Positions 25,820-34,236 of a stretch of DNA of 64,000 nt are shown here, piece after piece; position 1 is the stretch's first letter; the number at the start of each line of letters is the position of its first letter. The notes beneath the pieces are model-generated. The model did no database searches, had not been told where the DNA came from, and saw nothing but the letters and a program-made list of their open reading frames with translations. The position numbers were made by a program, and so were the translations under genes. Where the stretch lies: positions 1-64,000 of IMG/VR virus record IMGVR_UViG_3300045988_139474, one strand, 5' to 3'. Source of the stretch: a virus.

Positions 25820-26014
25820 TTATTTGTTCCTCAGGAAAAGGCGTTTAATCCAAGAAAGGCGACACGGTACAGGCACTCTGACTACCAGTTCACCTTCATA
25901 AATCGCAGTTGCCTGCGCTCTGATTTTCAGTTTTGCTTGCTCGGCATTATCCGCGAACACGGAGGCCGACCATTCTTTACCACCAAATCGGTATTTGAAG
26001 AGATATTCTTGCAT
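25820..26014 (-). CDS. hypothetical protein
   Basis: 64-aa ORF in a tight operon. Confidence 0.55.
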   Translation of the reverse strand: MQEYLFKYRFGGKEWSASVFADNAEQAKLKIRAQATAIYEGELVVRVPVPCRLSWIKRLFLRNK

Positions 26015-26286
26015 TAGGCTTCCTCTTTACCCTCAATTTGGGCTGTAAAATAATCGCCCTCACCGTCAACGTATGAGTATTCAATATCTAACTCACAAGG
26101 CGCAAAGCCTTTCATTCTAGCGTGCATTTTGCAATAGCTTAGCACTTTGTCTGCAGACCAACGGCCTTTCAAGGTGACTGTACCGTTGCTAAACAGAAGC
26201 TGACGCGGAATGTATGTGCCACCAGCTGGTTTCAACTCAGGGAACAATACAATGGCTTTGATTTCAGTCCATTCTTGAGTTTTCAT
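26014..26286 (-). CDS. hypothetical protein
   Basis: 90-aa ORF behind class I promoter 26315..26352. Confidence 0.65.
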   Translation of the reverse strand: MKTQEWTEIKAIVLFPELKPAGGTYIPRQLLFSNGTVTLKGRWSADKVLSYCKMHARMKGFAPCELDIEYSYVDGEGDYFTAQIEGKEEA

Positions 26287-26314
26287 TTTGACTCTCCATA
26301 CTACTAAGTGTTGT

Positions 26315-26352
26315 TCATACTGTTATATCTCAATCACCAATCTTAATTTTTC
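26315..26352 (-). promoter_or_regulatory. class I phage promoter motif
   Basis: GAAAAATTAAGATTGGTGATTGAGATATAACAG, upstream of 26014..26286. Confidence 0.6.
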
Positions 26353-26366
26353 GGCCTTCAGAAAAA

Positions 26367-26483
26367 TTACCCAAATATTGAGTACAGCACCCAAGTAACG
26401 ATTAACATCCAGAAGATAGGAAAATCATCCATACACGCCGCAAGTACAAGGGCAGCAATGATAAGAATAGTGAAAACGTCCAT
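26367..26483 (-). CDS. small membrane protein (38 aa), paralog of 27176..27358
   Basis: Hand-translated MDVFTILIIAALVLAACMDDFPIFWMLIVTWVLYSIFG. Start overlaps the upstream stop (TGATG). LYSIFG compares with LLYAIFG. Confidence 0.4.
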   Translation of the reverse strand: MDVFTILIIAALVLAACMDDFPIFWMLIVTWVLYSIFG

Positions 26484-26800
26484 CAAAATTCTCCGCATTT
26501 ATCAGCATATTCTCGACTGCGCTCAAGATTGTGAGTGATTGTAAAGCGAGATTCCTGCACACGTCCGACTTCTTCATCGCACCGCTCAGCAATAAGCTCG
26601 GAGTTATACAACACGTTACTATAACGCGCACTGCAAGCCATAAATGCTTCCTCGTACACTTTAGCCTTAAGCAGCCACAATTGTCTCTCTTGGCACTTCA
26701 ACTTAAGTTCAGAAGGCGTCATGTGTCCGTCACTTGCTATTACCGCAATGGCTATGAGCATGAGCGTGAGGTAGCAAGCAATAAATATCTTAAAGTTCAT
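26483..26800 (-). CDS. signal-anchored protein ending YADKCGEF, paralog of 26797..27165
   Basis: Start moved to ATG 26800 (MNFKIFIACYL; ATGA overlap). N-terminal hydrophobic helix; C-terminus SREYADKCGEF. Confidence 0.65.
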   Translation of the reverse strand: MNFKIFIACYLTLMLIAIAVIASDGHMTPSELKLKCQERQLWLLKAKVYEEAFMACSARYSNVLYNSELIAERCDEEVGRVQESRFTITHNLERSREYADKCGEF

Positions 26801-27165
26801 TGAAACTCTCCGCATTTATCGGCATAGTTGTTAGTCCTGGTTAAGTACTCAGCAGATGAAACAGAAAAGACACCTGTCATAGAAAACGCACTGTCACGAC
26901 ACTCAGCTACAATGTCTGACTCATCGTCTGTACCTGTCGCAACACGGCGTGAACCTGATTGCATACATTGTAGGAAGACAGACTCACTCTGCTTCAATGT
27001 TTGTTTGATAGCTTTCCGTTTCACGCAGGTTTCTTGCAGCTTTTCGGCTTCTACCTTTCCGCTGTCGGCGGTGCGGCTATCTAAAAAGTACAGACTAGCA
27101 GCTGCTATAAGCAGACAGAATGCTAAGCTTGCGACAGCAGAAGCGATAATATGTTTTGGGTTCAT
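26797..27165 (-). CDS. signal-anchored protein ending YADKCGEFQ
   Basis: Start moved to ATG 27165 (MNPKHII; SD AAGGAG). N-terminal helix ASAVASLAFCLLIAAASLYFL; C-terminus NNYADKCGEFQ. Confidence 0.65.
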   Translation of the reverse strand: MNPKHIIASAVASLAFCLLIAAASLYFLDSRTADSGKVEAEKLQETCVKRKAIKQTLKQSESVFLQCMQSGSRRVATGTDDESDIVAECRDSAFSMTGVFSVSSAEYLTRTNNYADKCGEFQ

Positions 27166-27175
27166 GTCAAGCTCC

Positions 27176-27358
27176 TTACCAATAGTCATCGCACGCCACG
27201 GCGATAAAAACAAGCAATACAAACACGCCTAATCCCCACCAGCCAAATATTGCATACAACAGTATGAATATACCGCAAATCAAGAAGAATGAGGCTTCTT
27301 CTATTAGGACGGCCAGCGCGAGGGCTATCACCCATACAATAAGGTAGGTGTTATCCAT
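27176..27358 (-). CDS. small membrane protein
   Basis: 60 aa, almost entirely hydrophobic (two or three helices). Confidence 0.55.
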   Translation of the reverse strand: MDNTYLIVWVIALALAVLIEEASFFLICGIFILLYAIFGWWGLGVFVLLVFIAVACDDYW

Positions 27359-27381
27359 TTCAAATCCCTTAGCGTTCAGTT

Positions 27382-28026
27382 TTAATTCTTGAGTATGACG
27401 CGCACGACAGTCACATAGTTATCACTAGCTCCTGTTTCATCGTCATAGTCTCCGCCCAAATACTGGTACAGACTGAATTTGCGCGGTCGTCCGATAACTG
27501 GGTCATCATAAGTACAAGTGAAGTCCAAGTGAGACCACTCATAGATATGGCCGTGATCAGAGTCACTGCCTGAGAAAGTGTCTCGCTCAAGCGTGAATGT
27601 TCTGGGCGAGTCAGGAAGCATTACAATAAGCTTCTCAACCTCGTCAGGGATTCTGAAGTCAGGATAGCCCAAAGCCCTAATCCCCAGGCCTCCGTTCCAT
27701 CCTTGACCGCAGTATCTAACCAGTTTATTGCCCAGAAATACCTTTTCAACTGAGGGTGTTACGGGTTTTTGATTTGCTTCAGCCTTCGGGGCAGTTCTGC
27801 TCAACTGTAGTTGAATCCCCTTGTCGACTACGAAGCATTTTGAATTTGCGAGGCTTTGGAATATCAAATCCCCTTGCATATCATACCCTACAAAGAATAT
27901 TTGCTCATTAGGGCTCAAGCCTTGTCCGTCTTCAACTTGAACAACATAATATTTTGTACCTGATTTTGTTGTTTTCCATAATATTTCCTCTAATCCGAAT
28001 TTCAGAAATGCACTTGATAATCTCAT
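27382..28026 (-). CDS. hypothetical protein
   Basis: 214-aa ORF. N-terminal module is related to 23566..23826. Confidence 0.7.
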   Translation of the reverse strand: MRLSSAFLKFGLEEILWKTTKSGTKYYVVQVEDGQGLSPNEQIFFVGYDMQGDLIFQSLANSKCFVVDKGIQLQLSRTAPKAEANQKPVTPSVEKVFLGNKLVRYCGQGWNGGLGIRALGYPDFRIPDEVEKLIVMLPDSPRTFTLERDTFSGSDSDHGHIYEWSHLDFTCTYDDPVIGRPRKFSLYQYLGGDYDDETGASDNYVTVVRVILKN

Positions 28027-28043
28027 TTAACATTTTGGCGGTC

Positions 28044-28415
28044 TCACTCCTTAGGCCTTAAAGGATAAACAAGCGCGTCAAACTCTAGCTTGTCTTCTAT
28101 TGAGGCTGCGTGAACAATATCAATTATGTCAGTCTTGCCTTTGCCTGTAAAGTGGATAGGCATTTCCCACTCAGGCCACCATTCTGGTGTATCTGCAAAA
28201 GCAGCTGCCGTAAACTCTGGGACTTCTACAAAGCTGGAACCGTCCCAGTCATTATAGTCGTTCCAATTAGCCGTCCTCCGTATTGTCCCGCAAATAGTAG
28301 CGTGACAACCAGATAAAGGCCACTCGAATCGTACTTGGCAGGCATAAGTCTGAGTCGGTATGTCGATAAGCTCAAAAATCTTGAGAATGACGTAGGGTGA
28401 TTCATATTCAATCAT
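28044..28415 (-). CDS. hypothetical protein
   Basis: 123-aa ORF behind class I promoter 28440..28472. Confidence 0.7.
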   Translation of the reverse strand: MIEYESPYVILKIFELIDIPTQTYACQVRFEWPLSGCHATICGTIRRTANWNDYNDWDGSSFVEVPEFTAAAFADTPEWWPEWEMPIHFTGKGKTDIIDIVHAASIEDKLEFDALVYPLRPKE

Positions 28416-28439
28416 GCAGTCTCCTTAAGGGTGCTGTTA

Positions 28440-28472
28440 CCATAATATCTCAACAACCAATCTTAATTTTTA
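28440..28472 (-). promoter_or_regulatory. class I phage promoter motif
   Basis: TAAAAATTAAGATTGGTTGTTGAGATATTATGG. The TAA stop of 28463..29140 lies inside the motif. Confidence 0.6.
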
Positions 28473-29140
28473 CCTGATAATTCAGCCTTGACTAGCTCAT
28501 CAATCATCAAAGAATCATGAGGCTTCAGTTTATCAAGAATCCTCTTGTGCTCAGGCAATATAATCTTCTCAATCCTAGTCAAGTCAACAGTAGGGTTTTC
28601 AAGCAACATCGTTATATCGGCTAAATCGGGATAATCTCTGCCTGAGGATAGCTTCATTAGAATCAATCCCTCAATGCTAGCAATTCTAACTCCTGAATCT
28701 ACTTCGGCAGTCTTGTAGATATAGGATAAATATTTAACAGGCAAATTGATGAACTCAGGAGTCAATAAGTCAAGGGTAACTCCAGTTGATTTATGCTCAA
28801 TGTAATGACCGTTCAACACTTTGAACTTACTGCTTGCGCCAATCAATATTTTAGCCTTGCTAAGCCGATATTCAGACAAGAAGATAAAGTCAGCATCTTC
28901 GGTGCGCCTATTTCTGGCCCAGTAAGCAATCGCCATGCCTCCTACTAAAATCGGCTTATTCTTCCAGGGGATTCTTGAAAAGTCTTTGATAGCTTCCAGC
29001 ACCTCAGGGAATCCGTGAAGTGACTCAATCAAAGTCCTTTGACCAATGTTAGGGTATCTACATTTATTGGTGACTGTATTTACCCTGCCCATAGCCTCAT
29101 TAATCAGTTTAGTCCTAACCTTACGTTCAATCGGATTCAT
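28463..29140 (-). CDS. AbiEii/DUF1814-like nucleotidyltransferase-fold protein
   Basis: ILVGGMAIAYWARNRRTEDADFIFL fits the GG.A...R.T.D.DF signature of AbiEii-type NTases. 4-nt overlap with the upstream gene. Confidence 0.6.
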   Translation of the reverse strand: MNPIERKVRTKLINEAMGRVNTVTNKCRYPNIGQRTLIESLHGFPEVLEAIKDFSRIPWKNKPILVGGMAIAYWARNRRTEDADFIFLSEYRLSKAKILIGASSKFKVLNGHYIEHKSTGVTLDLLTPEFINLPVKYLSYIYKTAEVDSGVRIASIEGLILMKLSSGRDYPDLADITMLLENPTVDLTRIEKIILPEHKRILDKLKPHDSLMIDELVKAELSGKN

Positions 29141-29784
29141 AGCGATTGCCCTGACTCTTTAGTAATCCCAATCAAATAATTCTGGAATCCTGCGGAAGTT
29201 CCATACAGTTCATCACGCTGGTCATAAAAATCCGCTACTGACTCAAATTTGGTTGCTGACTTGGTCAGTTTATTCCTGTCAATCTTCCACACGGAATAGC
29301 CTAGATTAAACGCCATCTCACACAACTGAAGCCACATACCTGCGCCAGCTTGAGATTGCTCTTTGTCCGTTACAACAGAACCAGTTAGATTGAGAATATA
29401 GTTCAGCATAACATGTAGCGGAATACCTCGATACATATCATTTGACTTGTCTCTCCATACCAGCACCTGATTAGTAGGGACTTTAGGGAATCCCTTATAA
29501 GTGATGCCGTTAAGGGAGCGATAAGCTGCAAAATAGACAACTTCGCCCTCGCTATCAACTGCATAATAGGCCTTGTATTTGGTAGTAACTGGGGCATTGA
29601 TATACTTATCGACTTGATGGATATTAATACCAGAATTCACTTTGCCAACTACCTTGCCAAGCCCCTTATCATGAGCCATCTGAATTTGGTTCTTTACATG
29701 GTTGATTAACCTGTCAGGAATCTCACCAACATACTGAGGGCTCATTTCGTTTAATCCTTGAATTATTTTGGACACCTTATTCAT
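29137..29784 (-). CDS. hypothetical protein, possibly GNAT-like
   Basis: 215 aa. EQSQAGAGMWLQL loosely fits the acetyl-CoA Q/R-x-x-G-x-G/A motif. Co-transcribed with the NTase. Confidence 0.35.
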   Translation of the reverse strand: MNKVSKIIQGLNEMSPQYVGEIPDRLINHVKNQIQMAHDKGLGKVVGKVNSGINIHQVDKYINAPVTTKYKAYYAVDSEGEVVYFAAYRSLNGITYKGFPKVPTNQVLVWRDKSNDMYRGIPLHVMLNYILNLTGSVVTDKEQSQAGAGMWLQLCEMAFNLGYSVWKIDRNKLTKSATKFESVADFYDQRDELYGTSAGFQNYLIGITKESGQSL

Positions 29785-29797
29785 CTGCTACTCCCAA

Positions 29798-30481
29798 TTA
29801 CTTAGCTGAAACCGCAGCACCGCATAATACAACACTAGGATTGCCCGAAACTCGATATTTCATCAGATTCCGATACACTGGTGTAATATTAGGCATACTG
29901 TAATGCTCCTTGATAATACCGTTGAACAGGTACTTACCCATTGTATTAGGGATAGCCACACCGTTCTTGATAGTAGCAGGCTTATTACAATCTACCTCAG
30001 CATAAGTGATGACTTTGAGCTCATTGTATTTAGCAGCCAGTTTCTTTGAATAATCCTCTAAGGCCTTCCAACGGCCTGTATTCATCGAATGATTCTGAGG
30101 TACAATGTTAGTCATCAAAAAGGACTCACTAACAGTTGATAACTCAGACGAATTGCTACTAGCAGCCATATGTCCACGGTCATAGCCAGTTCTGGTGTAA
30201 TCTTTCGGTTGAGCTGAATACCAGCCTACACGATAATCGGCGCGGAAATTGTTAGTGCGTGGCGCATGATTCTTCGCTTCATAGCTAGACAGGGATTCAT
30301 AGGTGACTACAGGAATCTTGAGCTTTTTGTTAAAATAGGACACATATTCCTTATTGCACAACTTCACGACATTCAGGTTGTCGGTAATCTTCACATAATT
30401 ATCTGACTCAACGCATAATTCAGCAGCATTAGCAGACAACGCGAACATCAGCATAGTCATCGGTAACAATTTACATTTCAT
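29798..30481 (-). CDS. secreted DNA/RNA non-specific endonuclease (DRGH beta-beta-alpha-Me family)
   Basis: Signal peptide MKCKLLPMTMLMFALSANA; catalytic YDRGHMAAS and downstream NIVPQNHSMNTGRWKALE, as in NucA/EndoG-type nucleases. Confidence 0.85.
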   Translation of the reverse strand: MKCKLLPMTMLMFALSANAAELCVESDNYVKITDNLNVVKLCNKEYVSYFNKKLKIPVVTYESLSSYEAKNHAPRTNNFRADYRVGWYSAQPKDYTRTGYDRGHMAASSNSSELSTVSESFLMTNIVPQNHSMNTGRWKALEDYSKKLAAKYNELKVITYAEVDCNKPATIKNGVAIPNTMGKYLFNGIIKEHYSMPNITPVYRNLMKYRVSGNPSVVLCGAAVSAK

Positions 30482-30519
30482 AGGTCTAACTCCTTTAATT
30501 TGGGTGAAAGGTGCTGTTA

Positions 30520-30552
30520 CTGTAATATCGCAGCACCCAATCTTAATATCTA
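30520..30552 (-). promoter_or_regulatory. class I phage promoter motif (variant)
   Basis: GATATTAAGATTGGGTGCTGCGATATTACAG, upstream of the nuclease gene. Confidence 0.55.
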
Positions 30553-31227
30553 CCAGCGCCAGAGGAAGCTCAGAGGGATTACATTGGGATAGCCCAATTC
30601 ATCTTCACACTTGCACTTAACATACCAAGACAAACACTCGTTGTCGAAGGTAAAGCAAAAGACGGCTTGATAACGGCTGTAGTCAATATCAAACAGGCCT
30701 TTTATCTTCTCCCAAGCTTCTGCTTCGTCATAAGCCTCAGGCAATATCGACTTATCAAACAAGTTGCGATATTTCCACAAGTTGATAGCATTCGGCAGCT
30801 TCAAGTCCTCAGGGCTTGAGTAGATAACCAGCTGGTCGGAAAACTTAGCCAGAATCTGTACTGTCGTCAAATACAATTCCTGCATCTCGACCGACCGCGT
30901 GGAAGCAAAATCGCATAGCTCAATCAACTCCTCAGGAGGAATCCGAATGCCATTGGGCGTTCTACTCAAGAATGTATAAGCATACATGTCATGCTGATTG
31001 TCTCCGTACATCCGCCCATGAATCCGCTTCACGGCCATCTTGGACTTCTTGTGAAGCTTGAACTGCTTGCCGACCAATTCAATCGGGATAAACAGCTTAG
31101 TCTCGCTTTCGGACAATACGCCCCTATTGTTGACTACAATATTGCTGAAGTAGTCGGTGCTATTGTACTGAGTTACCCCTCGACACAAAATCTTGTTTTC
31201 CAGACAACGATAATGGATCAATCCCAT
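30550..31227 (-). CDS. hypothetical protein immediately downstream of the beta-prime gene
   Basis: 225-aa ORF. Its start abuts the beta-prime stop (TAAATG). Confidence 0.7.
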   Translation of the reverse strand: MGLIHYRCLENKILCRGVTQYNSTDYFSNIVVNNRGVLSESETKLFIPIELVGKQFKLHKKSKMAVKRIHGRMYGDNQHDMYAYTFLSRTPNGIRIPPEELIELCDFASTRSVEMQELYLTTVQILAKFSDQLVIYSSPEDLKLPNAINLWKYRNLFDKSILPEAYDEAEAWEKIKGLFDIDYSRYQAVFCFTFDNECLSWYVKCKCEDELGYPNVIPLSFLWRW

Positions 31228-34200
31228 TTATACTTCCTTTCTGTCGCAATCATGAATTAATTTGCCCATCATCAGTTTCTCAACTGGTAGATGTTGATAG
31301 CCGTCTGCATTCTTCACGCTGTTCTCAAGTGCTTGTCTAGCCCAACCAAAGCCTAATCGTTTCAAGATAGACGGATTTTGGGCGATTGAGTCAACAACTG
31401 TCCTGAACTTAGGATTAGGGTCATTAAATCCCCTGCTCCTCAGGAAGCTCTGGCCGTTGCTTAATACAGATACGTCACTCAAGCCCCTGACGATAACCTC
31501 AAGCAAGGTTGTATAGATATCAATGCCTGACTCGTCAAAGATTCTATGCAGTTCCATCAATACCGCTTTGGCTGACTGGTCGTAAGGCAAGTCATTAAAG
31601 CTCGTAGCAGGCTTGGCCTCAGACGAAGCAATATCAAGAAAGCTCGTTGCTTGCGCGCCTGTAGCCTTGATAAAGTCCGCAATTGCATTACCGACAGTGT
31701 ACTCCAAATCAGCCAAAGTCACACTGCCTGATGTATGTTTTCCTCTTAGGCCAGACTGGTTTAGAGGCTCGCCTGTACTAGTGCCAGCCATTACGCCGAT
31801 GCCTGTTCCTAGTCGGTAGAAGTCTTGAGTAGCAGGATTCAATCCACAACATACCGCGCAAAGGCCGTTATCATGTTCGCACATGATAGGACTGCGTACA
31901 ACAACTGTCTTCGGCAAGTCTTTCAGCATGTGCTTATACAAGATTGTACCGCGTTTCAAATCGCCCACAGGCTCGGCCAATACCTTGCCTTCAGCCTTTG
32001 AGGATTCTAGCTCTATACCTTTCTCAGCCTTACAGTCATGCGTTGTGATATTTAAATCCCTGCACAAGTTAACCAATTGACGCTCAAGATAGCCTGAGGC
32101 TGGTACCATGAAGCTGTTCATAGCCAAGCCACGTCTTGCTGGGCCGCAAGTCCGAATGTAGCTCAACACCGGCAATCCCTCGCTCAGGGCTTCTGGAATC
32201 GGCTCTTCCAAACCGCCTTGCATGGATGTTAACAAGCCTTTTGATACAATCATCTGACGGACTTGAACTGGCGTCACCCTAGCTCCTGAGTTAGCCATAG
32301 CAATCATGGAACTGTTCCTGTCTGTTGACTCGAACCAGTCTTTTACGGCCTTATTGATGTTCGTGTCCCAAGCCTTAATCCGTTCATCAAAGCCCATATC
32401 TTTCGGCAAGGCTTTGACTTCATCAATCAAGGCTTGTTGCTTGGCTGACTTCTTGACGTCATCATATGCTAAGGATAAACCAAACTTGGTTGACGTGCGG
32501 AACCAGAGGCGTTGAAGCTTCGTCAGATACTTGTGAGCATCATTACCATACTTGCGACATAACTCCAAGATGTATTTCTTCACGCCTTTCTTGTCTAACA
32601 CTTGAGTCGGTAGAATATCCGTCAATTCCCAATGGACTAATGCGCCCACGTTAGTCTTGAATCGCTGACCGTCAGTCGTCTTAACAATAATCCAGTCATC
32701 AAAAGCCAACAAGCCCTCATCATATCGGGTCAAGGCTTCCTTAGCCAGGCCGATGAATTTGACTTCCTCAGGCTCTTCAGCCAAAGCTCGTGTTAACAAC
32801 CATGAACCGACAATCTGCTCATGACCAGGTGAAGTTGATACCTTATCCCAAGCGGCAGCTGATAGCAAGTTGCGCTCGAATGATACGACCTCTTTCAATT
32901 CTTGGCAAGCCTCATCCGAAATATGGCGGTGAGTACTCATGGTGTCGCCGTCACAGTCTGCATTGAATGGAGCCATAGCAGCTGGCGGCATATGAATCGC
33001 CTTACCTGAAACAGGAATGACTTGAAAGGCCATTACAGAGTACATATGCAAGCTCGGTGCACGGTTCAAGATGATATATTCATCCTTAACAACACCCTCA
33101 ATAGCCTCCATCGTGTCTGGCGCCAATCGTTTGACCTGCGCTTGAGCCTTGCGGAAAGCCTTGATACTGGGTGTACCTTCTTTTCGGTGCTTTTGAGTGA
33201 GCCAATGAATGATATCAGGCTTAAACAACTCAAGCAGCATAGCATAAGGAATCCCCACGCTGTTGATAGGCATATCAGGAGCGGACAGAATGACTGAACG
33301 GCCTGAAAAATCGACCGTCTTGCCTAACAACGCGCCACGCGGTAATGAGCCCTCCTTACCCTTCAACTTCTCAATACGTGGAATCAGTTTGGCGTTACCA
33401 AATTCACCACCTTCGATAAATTGGATGTTAATCATCTTCTGAACGACACAAGAGGTCATCGACTTAACAACCTGAATCTGCTCAGGGGTCAAGCTATCGG
33501 AGGACATCAAAGCAGCCAGTTTACTCGATTCGCGGATAAGCCTTGAGTAAATCAAGTTTGTCTCGTCATAAAAGATTTTCTCATCAGCACGGCGCAACGG
33601 TCTAGCATCTGGAGGTGTCACGACAACGGTTGAGTTGATAAAAGACAGCAGGTTGTAACCAGCCTTCTGATACTTCTCAGACACCCCTGCATAGCTGAAT
33701 CGCAACGTCTCTACGCAATCAATGTTACGCTCCAACAAGTCGTACAGGCCTGAGATACCGCCTTTCAATTCAGGTGAATCGTCAATAATTAAGCAATAGC
33801 GTTTACCGTCTAGGCCGTACAACGCCCCAGCCGTGTTCTCTTCTAGCTCTAAATTCACTTCACCCAAAGATACCGCTTGCAGGGTTTCTGGTGTAACATC
33901 AATCAATTCCGCAAATGTCTTCAAGAACAACGGATTGATATAGTGGCAATTCAGCTCAATATGGCCGTAACGCTTGCTGCGCTCTTCAGCCTTAACATAG
34001 TCCACACCGCATACTTCGCAAGTCAGGATAGTGTCCGACTTCTTCGCTCTCGGATTATGATGACCGCAAGAACATGTATAGTCATGCTCTGGGCCAAAGA
34101 TATTCTCAGCATACAAGCCGTCTGGAATCGGCTTTGGGTGCTTGTAGTTGAAGTTGTACTTACCCATGTTTATCACTTCGCCATGGGACAACTCCCTAAT

Positions 34201-34236
34201 TCTTTCATCGCTGAGCAAAAACATTTTATCCTCCAA
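31228..34236 (-). CDS. compact RNA polymerase beta-prime (RpoC) homologue
   Basis: 1002 aa, colinear with E. coli RpoC: Zn ribbon (ENIFGPEHDYTCSCG...CEVCGV...RYGHIEL), GKTVDFSGRSVI...ELFKP, NRAPSLH...APFNADCDGDTM (Mg site NADFDGD), bridge helix SGYLERQLVNLCRD, trigger loop GVMAGTSTGEPLNQSGLRGKHTSG. Confidence 0.9.
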   Translation of the reverse strand: MEDKMFLLSDERIRELSHGEVINMGKYNFNYKHPKPIPDGLYAENIFGPEHDYTCSCGHHNPRAKKSDTILTCEVCGVDYVKAEERSKRYGHIELNCHYINPLFLKTFAELIDVTPETLQAVSLGEVNLELEENTAGALYGLDGKRYCLIIDDSPELKGGISGLYDLLERNIDCVETLRFSYAGVSEKYQKAGYNLLSFINSTVVVTPPDARPLRRADEKIFYDETNLIYSRLIRESSKLAALMSSDSLTPEQIQVVKSMTSCVVQKMINIQFIEGGEFGNAKLIPRIEKLKGKEGSLPRGALLGKTVDFSGRSVILSAPDMPINSVGIPYAMLLELFKPDIIHWLTQKHRKEGTPSIKAFRKAQAQVKRLAPDTMEAIEGVVKDEYIILNRAPSLHMYSVMAFQVIPVSGKAIHMPPAAMAPFNADCDGDTMSTHRHISDEACQELKEVVSFERNLLSAAAWDKVSTSPGHEQIVGSWLLTRALAEEPEEVKFIGLAKEALTRYDEGLLAFDDWIIVKTTDGQRFKTNVGALVHWELTDILPTQVLDKKGVKKYILELCRKYGNDAHKYLTKLQRLWFRTSTKFGLSLAYDDVKKSAKQQALIDEVKALPKDMGFDERIKAWDTNINKAVKDWFESTDRNSSMIAMANSGARVTPVQVRQMIVSKGLLTSMQGGLEEPIPEALSEGLPVLSYIRTCGPARRGLAMNSFMVPASGYLERQLVNLCRDLNITTHDCKAEKGIELESSKAEGKVLAEPVGDLKRGTILYKHMLKDLPKTVVVRSPIMCEHDNGLCAVCCGLNPATQDFYRLGTGIGVMAGTSTGEPLNQSGLRGKHTSGSVTLADLEYTVGNAIADFIKATGAQATSFLDIASSEAKPATSFNDLPYDQSAKAVLMELHRIFDESGIDIYTTLLEVIVRGLSDVSVLSNGQSFLRSRGFNDPNPKFRTVVDSIAQNPSILKRLGFGWARQALENSVKNADGYQHLPVEKLMMGKLIHDCDRKEV

